Of a DNA stretch of 31,256 nucleotides, positions 1-10,007 are shown one piece after another. Within the stretch, counting starts at the first letter, position 1. Each line of letters starts with the position of its first letter. The notes below the pieces were generated by a model that was not told the DNA's origin, ran no database searches, and saw only the letters and a list, made by a program, of their open reading frames with translations. The DNA is from an uncultured Aquificales bacterium (GTDB taxonomy: Bacteria > Thermosulfidibacterota > Thermosulfidibacteria > Thermosulfidibacterales > Thermosulfidibacteraceae), in contig CAYPLO010000010.1 in the NCBI GenBank assembly GCA_964411615.1, positions 1 through 31,256 on the forward strand. The letters run 5' to 3'. A program made the position numbers and the translations under genes.

Positions 1-506
1 TACAGCAGAAGGGCGCATAGATGGAGATGGGTTCCGGGCTCTGGATTTAGGTCTATGCCGTTCTTTATGGCGGTGGAGAATACGTCTATGGAGCAGGCCT
101 CCATGGAGGGGTAGGCCAGTTCGGGATGTTTGCAGTCCTCAGGTGTGCACACCTCACATAACCTGCACCTTCCCGAACCCAAAGGAAAGCTTTTATAGAC
201 CCCCTTTGAATACATCCAGAACATCATGTCCACCGCAAGTTTTGTTGCACTGCTGTGGTCCTTAGTCGTCATGAGAAGCACCTTCTCATACTCGGAAAGG
301 ACCTTCCCCATGGTCTCCGCATCGGGGGTGTAGGGAGGGCATGTCCTCCACCTGCCATAGTCGGGACATCCGTACATACACTTGAGTCTCACCCAGTGGG
401 CCACAACTATCCCTCCGGAAGGCACGATAACCGCTGTGATGGCTCCCCTGCTCTTGGCTTCAGCCACTATCTCTTCGTCTTTCGGCGTACCTGCTCCAGC
501 ACCCAT
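1..506 (-). CDS. Cys-rich predicted metal-binding protein, DUF2284-like (3' end at or just beyond the window edge)
   Basis: Absent from the ORF track; translated by hand. ATG at 506 has a GGAGGAG SD 8 nt upstream (alternative GTG at 467). Reads MGAGAGTPKDEEIVAEAKSRGA...WVRLKCMYGCPDYGRWRTCPPYTPD...GRCRLCEVCTPEDCKHPELAYPSMEACSIDVFSTA...ALLL and is open to base 3. The KCxxGC/CPP/CxxCxxC/PSMEACxIDV pattern is typical of DUF2284. Confidence 0.8.
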   Translation of the reverse strand, partial: MGAGAGTPKDEEIVAEAKSRGAITAVIVPSGGIVVAHWVRLKCMYGCPDYGRWRTCPPYTPDAETMGKVLSEYEKVLLMTTKDHSSATKLAVDMMFWMYSKGVYKSFPLGSGRCRLCEVCTPEDCKHPELAYPSMEACSIDVFSTAIKNGIDLNPEPGTHLHLCALLL

Positions 507-1072
507 CTGGTCTGCTCCTCCAGCTCCTTCAAGGAACCGGTGTTCTCTATGACGTAATCGGCAAGCTTCGCCTTCTCATCTACGGGCATCTGGCTTCTTA
601 TCCTTGCCCTCGCCTCCTCCTCCGAAAGCCCATCCCTCTCCATGAGCCTCTTCAGCTGAACGTCCTCGGGAGCATAGACCACCACGGTGAAGTCCATCTG
701 TCTGTCAAGTCCCTTCTCAAAAAGAAGGGGCACCTCAACCACAACCACATCCGCCCCTCTCCTTCTATGACGCTCAAGCTCCCCATGAATCCTCTCTGTT
801 ATGAGGGGATGCAGTATGGACTCAAGGAGTCTCCGTCTGTCCGGACTGGAGAATACTAAGGCACCAAGCCTTCTCCTGTCTACACGGCCGTTGCCGTCCA
901 GAATCTCAGGGCCAAAAGCCTCCACAACCCTCTTGTAACCCTCCGTTCCGGGCTCAACAACCTCACGGGCTATGGCGTCGCTGTCTATCACAGGTACCCC
1001 CATCCTTCTGAAGATGGAGGCCACCGTGCTTTTGCCCGTGGCTATACCCCCGGTGAGGCCCACCTTTATCAC
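467..1072 (-). CDS. coaE: dephospho-CoA kinase
   Basis: GLTGGIATGKST P-loop, DSDAIAREVV, EVPLLFE and RLMERD motifs; lies downstream of polA, a common arrangement. Confidence 0.97.
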   Translation of the reverse strand: MIKVGLTGGIATGKSTVASIFRRMGVPVIDSDAIAREVVEPGTEGYKRVVEAFGPEILDGNGRVDRRRLGALVFSSPDRRRLLESILHPLITERIHGELERHRRRGADVVVVEVPLLFEKGLDRQMDFTVVVYAPEDVQLKRLMERDGLSEEEARARIRSQMPVDEKAKLADYVIENTGSLKELEEQTRWVLEQVRRKTKR

Positions 1073-3711
1073 TTGGACCAGCTCCTGCCTATGCTGATAT
1101 CCACCTTGAGGGGCACATCAAGCTGTGGAGCCACCTTCTCCATTATCTCTTTTATGTTAGATGCAAACTCCTCTGCCCTGTCCTCTTCCACCTCAAATAC
1201 CAGCTCGTCGTGGACCTGAAGTATCATGTGGGCATCTGTAGAGCCGCTCTTTATGAATCTGTAACACTCAATCATGGCCATCTTTATTATGTCCGCAGCC
1301 GTTCCCTGAACAGGGGTGTTAACGGCCACCCTCTTTCCAAACTCCCTCTCATCCCTTCTGGGACTGTTTATCTCGGGCACGGGCCTCTTCCTTCCGAAAA
1401 GGGTGCTTACATAACCCTCTGTCCTCGCCTGTTTAATGCACCTTTCAATGAACTCCACCACTTTGGGATACCTTGAGAAGTAGGCGTCTATGTACTTTTG
1501 TGCCTCATCAACGGGTATCTTCAGCTCCTTGGAGAGGCCGTAGGGGCTCATTCCGTATATGATTCCAAAGTTCACCACCTTGGCCTTTCTCCTCATGTTG
1601 GAGTCAACCTTATCAATGGGAACGCCGAAGACTTCGGAGGCGGTGAGGGCGTGTATGTCCACCCCTTTTCTGAAGGCGTCCTTGAGCTTGGGCTCGTCGG
1701 CCAGGGCGGCCAGCACCCTCAGCTCTATCTGAGAGTAGTCTGCCACCACAAGCAGATAGCCCTCATCGGCCACAAAGGCATCCCTTATCAGGGCTCCCAG
1801 CTCACTGCGTATGGGTATGTTCTGGAGGTTTGGATTCCTTGAGGAGAGCCTCCCCGTGGCCGTTGATGTCTGCAGATACGATGTATGGACCCTTCCCGTC
1901 TTCGGATGTATCTGCTTTAGCAGGCCGTCTATGTAGGTGGACTTGAGCTTGGCAAGTTGTCTGTACTCAAGCACCTTCTCCGGCAGTGGATGCTCAAGGG
2001 CAAGCTCCTCCAGCACCTCAACACTGGTGGAGTAACCCGTCTTCGTCCTCTTCTTCGGCTTGAGCTTCAGCTTCTCAAAGAGGACCTTTGAGAGTTGCTT
2101 GGGTGAGTTTATGTTGAAGGGTCCCCCTGCCAGCTGGTGTATCTCCCTTTCAAGGGAGAGCATGAGGCTCTCAATCTGCTTGCCCAAGCTCTCAAGCTTC
2201 TCCCTGTCAACCTTCACCCCCCTCAGCTCCATGTGGGCGAGAACGGGGATGAGTGGCATCTCTATGTTGTGGAAGAGCTCAAGCATACCGTCCTCTTCCA
2301 GCTCCCTCTCAAGCCTCTGCTTCAGCCTGTAGGCTATGTCCGCATCCTCACAGGCGTAGAAGACCGCATCCTCAGGGGCGAGATGGGAGAAGTCCATGTT
2401 GTCCATGAGGGAGGAGGTGGCTTCGGAGTAGCTCATCATCCTGTAGCCGAGCTGTTCCAAGGCCACCTCATCAAGGCTGTGCCTCTTCTTCAGCGGATTG
2501 AGAAGGTAGGAGGCCACCATGGTGTCAAAGAGGGGCCCTTCAATATCTATCCCCATCCTGCTCAGTATGGAGGCCTCGTACTTCAGGTTGTGGCCAATCT
2601 TGGTCTTCTTTGAGGACAGATGCTTTCTTAAGACCTCAAGAACCTCGTGTATCGGAAGGTTCTCTCCACCCCTGTGGCCCACAGGCACGTATATGGCGTC
2701 TCCCTCCCCCTTTGATACGGAGATGCCGACCAGACGGGCCTCAAGGACATCAATGCTGGTGGTCTCAAAGTCCATGCTGAACTGGTCCGCATCTTTCAAG
2801 TACTCCTCCAGCTCCTCCACAGAGGTGACCATCCGGTAGTGAGATGAGTTCTCCTTGACCACCTCCGAGGGCAGCTCCTTAACCAGACTTGAGAACTCAA
2901 GCTCCACGTAGAACTTCCTGAGACCGTCGTAGTCGGGCTCCGAGAGGGCGAACTCCTCGGGGTTGAACTCTAAGGGCAAGTCCCTCTTTATCCTGGCCAG
3001 CTCGTAGCTGAGAAAGGCCATCTCTTTATCTTCCGCAAGTCTCTTCCTCACCGAAGGAGGCAGTGCATCAAGCCTTCTGTATATCTGCTCAATATCACCG
3101 CACTTGGCTATTATTTCTCTGGCTCTCTTGGACCCTATACCCTTAACCCCGGGTATGTTGTCCGATGCGTCCCCCACAAGGGCAAGGTAGGTGGGAATCT
3201 GCTCCGGGAAGACCCCGAACTTCTCAAAGACCTCCTTGGGGGTGTACATCCTCTGGCCTATGGGGTCAAAAAGCCACACCTTGTCGCCAACCAACTGTGC
3301 CAAATCCTTGTCCGGCGATACTATCACCACCTTCCAGCAGGCCCTGCTTGCCGCATCGGAGATGGTTCCTATGATGTCGTCCGCTTCAAACCCCTCCATC
3401 TCCAAGGTGGGGATGCCCCAGAGTTTCAACAGCCTCTTTATGTAGGGAAGCTGCGCCGTAAGGTCGGGAGGCATCTTCGGTCTGTGGGCCTTGTAGGCGG
3501 CGTATCTCTCCGTCCGGAAGGTGTGCCTTCCTGCGTCAAAGACCACGGCCATATGGGTAGGGGAATGCTCCTTCATGAGCTTTGAGAGCATCCTGGCAAA
3601 TCCGTATATGGCGTTGGTGGGGTATCCCCTACTTGTGGACAACGGAGGGAGGGCGTAGAAGGCCCTGTAGACGTAGGAGGAGCCGTCAATAAGAAACAGT
3701 CTATTTGACAT
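1069..3711 (-). CDS. polA: DNA polymerase I (5'-3' exonuclease, 3'-5' exonuclease-like and polymerase domains)
   Basis: LIDGSSYVYRAFYA, EADDIIG, LVGDASDNIPGV; ExoI DFETT; motif A DYSQIELR; motif B RRKAKVVNFGIIYG; motif C QVHDELVFE. Confidence 0.99.
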   Translation of the reverse strand: MSNRLFLIDGSSYVYRAFYALPPLSTSRGYPTNAIYGFARMLSKLMKEHSPTHMAVVFDAGRHTFRTERYAAYKAHRPKMPPDLTAQLPYIKRLLKLWGIPTLEMEGFEADDIIGTISDAASRACWKVVIVSPDKDLAQLVGDKVWLFDPIGQRMYTPKEVFEKFGVFPEQIPTYLALVGDASDNIPGVKGIGSKRAREIIAKCGDIEQIYRRLDALPPSVRKRLAEDKEMAFLSYELARIKRDLPLEFNPEEFALSEPDYDGLRKFYVELEFSSLVKELPSEVVKENSSHYRMVTSVEELEEYLKDADQFSMDFETTSIDVLEARLVGISVSKGEGDAIYVPVGHRGGENLPIHEVLEVLRKHLSSKKTKIGHNLKYEASILSRMGIDIEGPLFDTMVASYLLNPLKKRHSLDEVALEQLGYRMMSYSEATSSLMDNMDFSHLAPEDAVFYACEDADIAYRLKQRLERELEEDGMLELFHNIEMPLIPVLAHMELRGVKVDREKLESLGKQIESLMLSLEREIHQLAGGPFNINSPKQLSKVLFEKLKLKPKKRTKTGYSTSVEVLEELALEHPLPEKVLEYRQLAKLKSTYIDGLLKQIHPKTGRVHTSYLQTSTATGRLSSRNPNLQNIPIRSELGALIRDAFVADEGYLLVVADYSQIELRVLAALADEPKLKDAFRKGVDIHALTASEVFGVPIDKVDSNMRRKAKVVNFGIIYGMSPYGLSKELKIPVDEAQKYIDAYFSRYPKVVEFIERCIKQARTEGYVSTLFGRKRPVPEINSPRRDEREFGKRVAVNTPVQGTAADIIKMAMIECYRFIKSGSTDAHMILQVHDELVFEVEEDRAEEFASNIKEIMEKVAPQLDVPLKVDISIGRSWSK

Positions 3712-4132
3712 CCTGAAGCACAGACTTGGTGCCGGTCCTCACAACGATTGAAAGCTCACCGCCTTTTTGCTCAATCTCCACGTTGCAGGAGGTATCCGCC
3801 GAATCAAAGAACATGGAGGCCCTGTTCTGGTAAACGAAGCTGGAGACCAGTTCCCATCCTTCCTCTGCCATCTTCCTCTTGTAGAAGTCCACCGCGTCTT
3901 TAAGGGTGCCTGGGGCGAACATGGTGATGACCGCCGCCCTTATGTTCCCCGACTCGTAGATGAAGGTGTTGTCCAGGTCAAACCTCGCTCCGGGAAAGAC
4001 GGGGATGTTGGTCAGCACCTTCTGGATGCGGACCACCTTCTTCTCGTTCTTCTTCACAATGCCCGTTGTGCCCTTTGAACAGCCCGTGGCAAGCAGTGCC
4101 ACAAGCACCATTACCGGAACCAGTCTCCTCAT
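3701..4132 (-). CDS. hypothetical lipoprotein (143 aa)
   Basis: Start re-assigned to ATG 4132, which forms an ATGA overlap with the argF stop. MRRLVPVMVLVALLATGC is a signal peptide with a lipobox (LATG-C). Confidence 0.8.
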   Translation of the reverse strand: MRRLVPVMVLVALLATGCSKGTTGIVKKNEKKVVRIQKVLTNIPVFPGARFDLDNTFIYESGNIRAAVITMFAPGTLKDAVDFYKRKMAEEGWELVSSFVYQNRASMFFDSADTSCNVEIEQKGGELSIVVRTGTKSVLQDVK

Positions 4133-5046
4133 GGCCTCTCCCCCAGGAGAAAGAGCATTATGGCCTTCTGCATATGCAGCCTGTTCTCCGCCTGGTCCCA
4201 CACCACCGACCTCTCCCCATCTATGACATCATCGGTTACCTCCTCCCCTCTATGGGCGGGGAGGCAGTGCATGAAGATGGCCCCATCTCCGGCGGCCTCC
4301 ATGAGGGCCGAGTTCACCTGGAAAGGCCTGAAGACCTTCAGCCTCTCCTCCCTCTCCCCCTCCTGGCCCATGCTGCACCACACGTCTGTATAGACAACAT
4401 GAGCCCCTTTAACATCCTCGTAAGGGGTGTGGGACACCCTCACCCTTGCCCCTTCAGAAAGGGCCGTCTCCAACACGCTTCTGTCCGGCTCGTAGCCCTC
4501 AGGACAGCTTATAACAACCTCTATATCCAGTCTGGTGGCCAGGTTTATCCAGGAGTTGGCCATGTTGTTACCATCCCCCACGAAAACGACCCTGAATCCC
4601 TCCAGCATACCCGTCTTCTCATATATAGTCATGAGGTCCGACAGCACCTGGCAAGGGTGCAACAGGTCCGAAAGGCCGTTTATCACAGGTATGGAGGAGA
4701 ACCTGGCGAACCTCACCAGCGTCTCGTGGGAGTAGACCCTGAGCACCATGATATCCACGTATCTGGAGAGGACCCTGGCTGTGTCCTCTATGGTCTCCCC
4801 CCTGCCGAGCTGTGTCTCCTTGGGGCTCATGAATATGGCACTTCCCCCCAGCTGGCACATGCCCGCCTCAAAGGAGACCCTGGTTCTGGTGGAGGGCTTC
4901 TCAAAGAGCATCCCCAGCACCCTGCCCTTGAGGGGGAGGTAGGGAAGCCTCAAGCTGTGCCTCTTCTTTAAGGTTACTGCGTCCTTTACCAAGGAGACTA
5001 TCTCTTCCTTGCTCAAATCCCTTATGGAGATAAGGTCCCTCTTCAT
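4129..5046 (-). CDS. argF: ornithine carbamoyltransferase
   Basis: FEKPSTRTR, HPCQ, DVWCSMGQE (SMG loop) and FMHCLP motifs; start at ATG 5046 (MKRDLISIRD) after AGGTGAAGGG. Confidence 0.97.
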   Translation of the reverse strand: MKRDLISIRDLSKEEIVSLVKDAVTLKKRHSLRLPYLPLKGRVLGMLFEKPSTRTRVSFEAGMCQLGGSAIFMSPKETQLGRGETIEDTARVLSRYVDIMVLRVYSHETLVRFARFSSIPVINGLSDLLHPCQVLSDLMTIYEKTGMLEGFRVVFVGDGNNMANSWINLATRLDIEVVISCPEGYEPDRSVLETALSEGARVRVSHTPYEDVKGAHVVYTDVWCSMGQEGEREERLKVFRPFQVNSALMEAAGDGAIFMHCLPAHRGEEVTDDVIDGERSVVWDQAENRLHMQKAIMLFLLGERP

Positions 5047-5090
5047 CCCTTCACCTGAAGACCAAATGATGCTAAGTCTATTATCCGGAT

Positions 5091-5564
5091 ATGGTGAGAA
5101 AGGCAACACTGAGGGATGTACAGGCCATATACGAGCTCATCTCCACCTACGCCAGGGAGGGGCTTTTACTTCCCGCCAATATGGGGGATGTGTGCGAGAG
5201 AATCAGAGAGTTCTCCGTCTACGAGGACGGCAAGGTGGTGGGGTGTGCGGCCCTCAGGATTTTCACACCGGAGCTTGCGGAGATAAGGTCCGTTGCGGTA
5301 GAACCCACCCTCAGGGGAAAGGGCATAGGCCGTCGCTTGGTTGAGTACTGCGTGGAGGAGGCAAGGGCCCTGGGATTGAAAAAGGTTTTCGTGCTGACCA
5401 AGAGCACTCGCTTTTTCGAAAAGTGCGGCTTCAGCTTTGTTGAAAAGAGGAGCCTTCCCCACAAGGTATGGCGGGACTGTATGGGATGCCCCAAGTTCCC
5501 GGAGTGTGATGAAGTGGCCATGATTAGAGAGATAGAGGAGGTGGAGGATGGACTACCACGTTAG
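5091..5564 (+). CDS. GNAT N-acetyltransferase, short ArgA-like (putative N-acetylglutamate synthase)
   Basis: [15 protein letters not shown] acetyl-CoA motif and the C-terminal [20 protein letters not shown] typical of short ArgA / ArgH(A) domains; divergent from argF. Confidence 0.8.
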   Translation: MVRKATLRDVQAIYELISTYAREGLLLPANMGDVCERIREFSVYEDGKVVGCAALRIFTPELAEIRSVAVEPTLRGKGIGRRLVEYCVEEARALGLKKVFVLTKSTRFFEKCGFSFVEKRSLPHKVWRDCMGCPKFPECDEVAMIREIEEVEDGLPR

Positions 5565-6873
5565 GGACCTTTCGCTGGCGGATACCGGGAAGAACAGGAT
5601 TGAGTGGGCCGGGATAGATATGCCGGTTCTGAGGCTCATAGGGGAGAGGTTTGAGGAGGAGAGGCCCCTTGAGGGGATGAGGATAGCGGCCTGCCTTCAC
5701 GTCACAACGGAGACGGCAAATCTGGCCATAACCCTGAAAAAGGGAGGAGCAGAGGTGTACCTTTGTGCGTCAAACCCCCTCTCAACCCAGGACGATGTGG
5801 CCGCAAGCCTGGTCAGGGACTACCAGATACCGGTATTTGCCGTCAGGGGGGAGGACAGGGAGACCTACTACTCCCACATATGGGAGTGCCTGAGGATAAA
5901 GCCCAACATCGTCATGGACGATGGGGCCGACCTCACATCCACCCTCCACATGATAGCCCTCGGGCAGAAGGAGGAGCTTCCGGAGCCTGTGAGGGAGGGA
6001 CTTGAGCAGGAAGGCGAGGGCTTTGCAAGAGAACTCCTATCGGGAGTTTTTGGAGGGACTGAGGAGACCACCACAGGGGTGATAAGGCTGAGGAGCTTGG
6101 AGAAGGAGGGGAAGCTCCAGTACCCTGTCATAGCGGTGAACGACGCCTACACAAAGCACCTCTTTGATAACAGGTACGGCACCGGCCAGAGCACCATAGA
6201 CGGTATCTTGAGGGCAACCAACAGGCTCATAGCGGGCTCCTACTTCGTGGTGTGCGGATACGGCTGGTGCGGCAGGGGTGTGGCCATGAGGGCCTCGGGA
6301 ATGGGGGCCAGGGTGATAGTCTGCGAGGTGGACCCCATAAGGGCCCTTGAGGCGGTTATGGACGGGTATCTTGTGATGCCCATTGAGGAAGCGGCCAAGA
6401 TAGGGGACTTCTTCGTAACGGTAACCGGGGACATCTCCGTCATAAGGAAGGAGCACTTTGAGTTGATGAAGGACGGGGCCATTCTTGCCAACTCTGGCCA
6501 CTTTGACGTGGAGATAGACAAGAAGGGGCTTGAGGAGCTCGCCGTATCCGTGAGGCAGGTGAGGGAGAACGTCACCGAGTACAGGCTCAGGGACGGACGC
6601 AGAATCTTCCTGCTGGGAGAGGGGAGGCTGGTGAATCTGGTGGCCGCCGAAGGCCATCCGGCGGCGGTGATGGATATGAGCTTCGCCAACCAGGCACTGT
6701 CTGCCGCCTTCCTGGCCCGAAGGGGAAGGGAGCTTGACAGAAAGGTCTACTCGGTTCCGGAGGAGATAGACAGGGAGGTTGCCCGCCTGAAGCTCAAGTC
6801 CCTGAACATAAGGATAGACGAACTGACGGAAGAGCAAAAGAGGTACCTCTCCTCCTGGGAGATGGGAACCTGA
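5548..6873 (+). CDS. ahcY: adenosylhomocysteinase
   Basis: [54 protein letters not shown] and MDMSFANQ motifs. Confidence 0.98.
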   Translation: MDYHVRDLSLADTGKNRIEWAGIDMPVLRLIGERFEEERPLEGMRIAACLHVTTETANLAITLKKGGAEVYLCASNPLSTQDDVAASLVRDYQIPVFAVRGEDRETYYSHIWECLRIKPNIVMDDGADLTSTLHMIALGQKEELPEPVREGLEQEGEGFARELLSGVFGGTEETTTGVIRLRSLEKEGKLQYPVIAVNDAYTKHLFDNRYGTGQSTIDGILRATNRLIAGSYFVVCGYGWCGRGVAMRASGMGARVIVCEVDPIRALEAVMDGYLVMPIEEAAKIGDFFVTVTGDISVIRKEHFELMKDGAILANSGHFDVEIDKKGLEELAVSVRQVRENVTEYRLRDGRRIFLLGEGRLVNLVAAEGHPAAVMDMSFANQALSAAFLARRGRELDRKVYSVPEEIDREVARLKLKSLNIRIDELTEEQKRYLSSWEMGT

Positions 6874-7850
6874 TGATAGGCGTTATCGGAGCTGGCTCCT
6901 GGGGAACCACAATAGCCACCCTTCTGGCAGAGAAGGGAAACCCTGTACTTCTGTGGTGCAGGGAGCCGGAGGTGGCAGAAGCTGTAAACGAGAAGAGAGA
7001 GAATCACCTGTTTCTTCCGGGAGTTAAGCTACCAGATGCGGTGAGGGCCACAACTGAACTTAAAGAGCTTGCGGACTGCAGGCTTGTGGTGAACGCCGTT
7101 CCCGTGCAGTTCATAAGGGATGTATGGAGTATGATGGACTTCACGCCCGAGGTGGTTGTCAATCTGTCAAAGGGGATAGAGGTAAAGTCCGGCAGAAGGG
7201 TATCCGAGGTCCTGTCCTCATTCGGTGTTGAGAACTACGTGGTGCTTTCAGGGCCCTCCTTTGCAAAGGAGGTGGCTCAGAAGAAGCCCACAGCAGTGAC
7301 TGTGGCCTCCGAGAGGGAGGAGCTTGCCGTTATGGCCAGGGAGCTCTTCTACACCTCCTACTTCAGGGTCTACAGCCATACGGATGTGGTGGGGGTTGAG
7401 ATGGCTGGGGCCCTGAAGAACGTGATAGCCATAGCGGCGGGCATATCCGACGGGCTGGGCCTTGGAAACAACGCCAGGGCCTCCCTCATAAACAGGGGTC
7501 TTATGGAGATGGCGAGGCTGGGAAGGGCCATGGGAGCCAGGCTTGAGACCTTCTGGGGGCTTTCCGGTATGGGAGATTTGGTCCTCACATGCACGGGGGA
7601 TTTGAGCAGAAACAGGCGCCTGGGCATGATGATTGGAAAGGGAATGAGACTTGGGGAGGCCCTGAAAAGTCTGGAAGGGGTGGCCGAAGGGGTGGAGACA
7701 TCCAGGGCCGTTATGAGTATAGCGCGGGAGTTGAAGGTTGAGATGCCCATCTGCACAGAGGTTTACAGGGTGCTCTTTGAGGCCAAATCCCCCTTAGATA
7801 GCGTAAAGGACCTGCTCGGGAGGGAGCCGAAGTTTGAGTTCCAGCTATAG
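6873..7850 (+). CDS. gpsA: NAD(P)H-dependent glycerol-3-phosphate dehydrogenase
   Basis: GAGSWG, SKGIE, SGPSFAKEV, GALKNVIAIAAG and GDLVLTCTGDLSRNRR motifs. Confidence 0.97.
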   Translation: MIGVIGAGSWGTTIATLLAEKGNPVLLWCREPEVAEAVNEKRENHLFLPGVKLPDAVRATTELKELADCRLVVNAVPVQFIRDVWSMMDFTPEVVVNLSKGIEVKSGRRVSEVLSSFGVENYVVLSGPSFAKEVAQKKPTAVTVASEREELAVMARELFYTSYFRVYSHTDVVGVEMAGALKNVIAIAAGISDGLGLGNNARASLINRGLMEMARLGRAMGARLETFWGLSGMGDLVLTCTGDLSRNRRLGMMIGKGMRLGEALKSLEGVAEGVETSRAVMSIARELKVEMPICTEVYRVLFEAKSPLDSVKDLLGREPKFEFQL

Positions 7851-8364
7851 AAGCACCGCAAATATGGTGACTCTGGGAAGACTTATCACTGCCCTGGCGG
7901 TGGTCTTTCTGCTTTCTGCCGGAGGCATCTGGAGGATTGTGGGGGGTATGCTGTTTGTGGTGGCGTCGGTCTCGGACCTGGTTGACGGGTACCTTGCCCG
8001 CTCAAGGGGGGAGGTAACGGAGCTGGGAAAGCTGGCGGACCCCGTTGCGGACAAAGTGCTCCTTCTCAGCGGGATTCTCCCCCTTGTTGAGTGCAGGGAT
8101 ATTCCTGCTTGGCTTGGAATGCTCATTCTGGCCAGGGAGTTTGCGGTCATGGGACTGAGGTGTGTGGCGGCCCGAAGGGGGGTGGTGGTTCCCGCAGACG
8201 CCATGGGTAAGGTTAAGACCTTCCTCTACACCGTGGGTATCTCCCTGATGGTATTCGGGCTTAAGGTGGAGGGACTATACGTGCTTTACATGGGATTTGT
8301 AGTTTCGCTATTATCCGCTGTCAATTACTTCGTTAAGAACGCACACATACTCAAGGAGGTGTGA
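7834..8364 (+). CDS. pgsA: CDP-diacylglycerol--glycerol-3-phosphate 3-phosphatidyltransferase
   Basis: CDP-alcohol phosphotransferase motif DLVDGYLAR...[10 protein letters not shown], plus [12 protein letters not shown] and GKVKT; TTG start. Confidence 0.9.
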   Translation: MSSSYRSTANMVTLGRLITALAVVFLLSAGGIWRIVGGMLFVVASVSDLVDGYLARSRGEVTELGKLADPVADKVLLLSGILPLVECRDIPAWLGMLILAREFAVMGLRCVAARRGVVVPADAMGKVKTFLYTVGISLMVFGLKVEGLYVLYMGFVVSLLSAVNYFVKNAHILKEV

Positions 8365-8365
8365 T

Positions 8366-9532
8366 ATGCCATACATGGAGGGGGTGAGGCTCTTTACCTC
8401 TGAGTCCGTCACCGAGGGACATCCCGACAAGCTGGCGGACCAGATATCCGACGGGATACTTGACGCCATACTGGAGAAGGACCCCTACGCAAGGGTGGCC
8501 TGCGAGACCCTTTTAACCACGGGCCTTGTGATGGTGGCGGGAGAGATATCCACCACATGCTACGTTGAGATACCCGCCATCGCCAGGGAGATAATAAGGG
8601 ACGTGGGATACACCAGGGCCAAGTTCGGGTTTGATTATGAGACCTGCGCCGTCATAACCTCCATACACGAGCAGTCTCCGGATATAGCCATGGGGGTGGA
8701 CCCCGGAGGTGCTGGAGACCAGGGGCTGATGTTCGGGTTTGCCGTGAACGAAACGCCGGAGCTGATGCCCCTTCCCATCATGCTGGCCCACAAGCTCTGT
8801 ATGAGGCTGGCAGAGGTGAGGAAGAAGGATATACTGGATTACCTTCGCCCTGACGGGAAGTCCCAGGTGACGGTGGAGTACGAGGACGGAAAGCCCGTCA
8901 GGATACACTCCATCGTGCTCTCCGCTCAGCATGCCCCGGACATAACCCTGAGGAAGCTCAGGGAGGACCTGATAGAGTACGTGATAAAGCCCGTAATCCC
9001 CAAGGAGTACCTGGATGAGGAGTATGTGAGGTACTACATAAACCCCACGGGCAGGTTCGTTCTGGGCGGTCCCATGGCGGATACGGGACTTACCGGAAGG
9101 AAGATAATCGTTGACACTTACGGAGGAGCTGCAAGGCACGGAGGAGGATGCTTCTCAGGTAAGGACCCCACAAAGGTGGACAGGTCTGCCTCCTATATGG
9201 CCAGGTACGTGGCCAAGAACATAGTGGCCTCCGGAGTGGCGGATGTGTGCGAGATACAGCTCGCCTATGCCATAGGGGTGCCCGAACCCGTTGCTGTATA
9301 TGTGGACACCAAGGGGACGGGGAAGATACCCGATGACAAGATAGCCGAGATAGTGGTGAAGCTCTTTGACCTCACCCCCAAGGGGATGATAGAGACCCTG
9401 GACCTTAGAAGGCCCATATACAAAAAGACGGCGGTTTATGGCCACTTTGGCAGGGAGCTTCCGGAGTTCACCTGGGAGAGGACGGACAGGGCCGAGGAGA
9501 TAAGAAGGGAGGCTGAGCTAATAGGAGGCTAA
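8366..9532 (+). CDS. metK: S-adenosylmethionine synthetase
   Basis: [30 protein letters not shown] and [16 protein letters not shown] motifs; SD AAGGAGGTG. Confidence 0.99.
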   Translation: MPYMEGVRLFTSESVTEGHPDKLADQISDGILDAILEKDPYARVACETLLTTGLVMVAGEISTTCYVEIPAIAREIIRDVGYTRAKFGFDYETCAVITSIHEQSPDIAMGVDPGGAGDQGLMFGFAVNETPELMPLPIMLAHKLCMRLAEVRKKDILDYLRPDGKSQVTVEYEDGKPVRIHSIVLSAQHAPDITLRKLREDLIEYVIKPVIPKEYLDEEYVRYYINPTGRFVLGGPMADTGLTGRKIIVDTYGGAARHGGGCFSGKDPTKVDRSASYMARYVAKNIVASGVADVCEIQLAYAIGVPEPVAVYVDTKGTGKIPDDKIAEIVVKLFDLTPKGMIETLDLRRPIYKKTAVYGHFGRELPEFTWERTDRAEEIRREAELIGG

Positions 9533-9533
9533 G

Positions 9534-10007
9534 ATGCCGGAAGTGGCGGTGATAATGGGCAGTGCCAAGGATTCAAAGTGGGGGCAGGAAGCGGCAGAGG
9601 TTCTTGAGAGCTTTGGTGTGTCTTACGAAGTGAAGGTTCTGTCCGCCCACAGAACCCCCGATGCCCTTAGGGAGTATGTAAGGAGATTTGAGGAGTCCGG
9701 GGGTAAGGTGATAGTTGCCCTTGCAGGATACGCCGCCCATCTTGCAGGGGTGATAGCATCCTACACCACACTGCCTGTGGTTGGGGTTCCCCTTGCCACT
9801 TCTGTGCTGAACGGTGAAGATGCCCTTTTGGCCATGGTCCAGATGCCCAAGGGGATTCCTGTGGCCACCGTTGCGGTGAACGGTGCCGCCAACGGGGCTC
9901 TACTTGCGATTGAGATACTGGCCCTTGGCAATAAAGAACTCTCAGAGAGGCTGAAGGAGTACAGAAGGCGTATGGCAGAGGAGGTCCTTGCGTCTAATAG
10001 AGATTAG
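9534..10007 (+). CDS. purE: N5-carboxyaminoimidazole ribonucleotide mutase (class I PurE)
   Basis: IMGS, SAHRTP, AGYAAHLAG and QMPKGIPVATV motifs. Confidence 0.95.
   Translation: MPEVAVIMGSAKDSKWGQEAAEVLESFGVSYEVKVLSAHRTPDALREYVRRFEESGGKVIVALAGYAAHLAGVIASYTTLPVVGVPLATSVLNGEDALLAMVQMPKGIPVATVAVNGAANGALLAIEILALGNKELSERLKEYRRRMAEEVLASNRD

Noticed and set aside
4066..4971. 301-aa plus-strand ORF antisense to argF (likewise 6037-6837, 10798-11538, 20375-21334)
   Set aside because: Shadow ORFs of conserved genes with no RBS, domain or compositional support
5047..5090. Possible ArgR (ARG) box between argF and the ArgA-like gene
   Set aside because: No convincing TGAAT-N4-ATTCA-like palindrome
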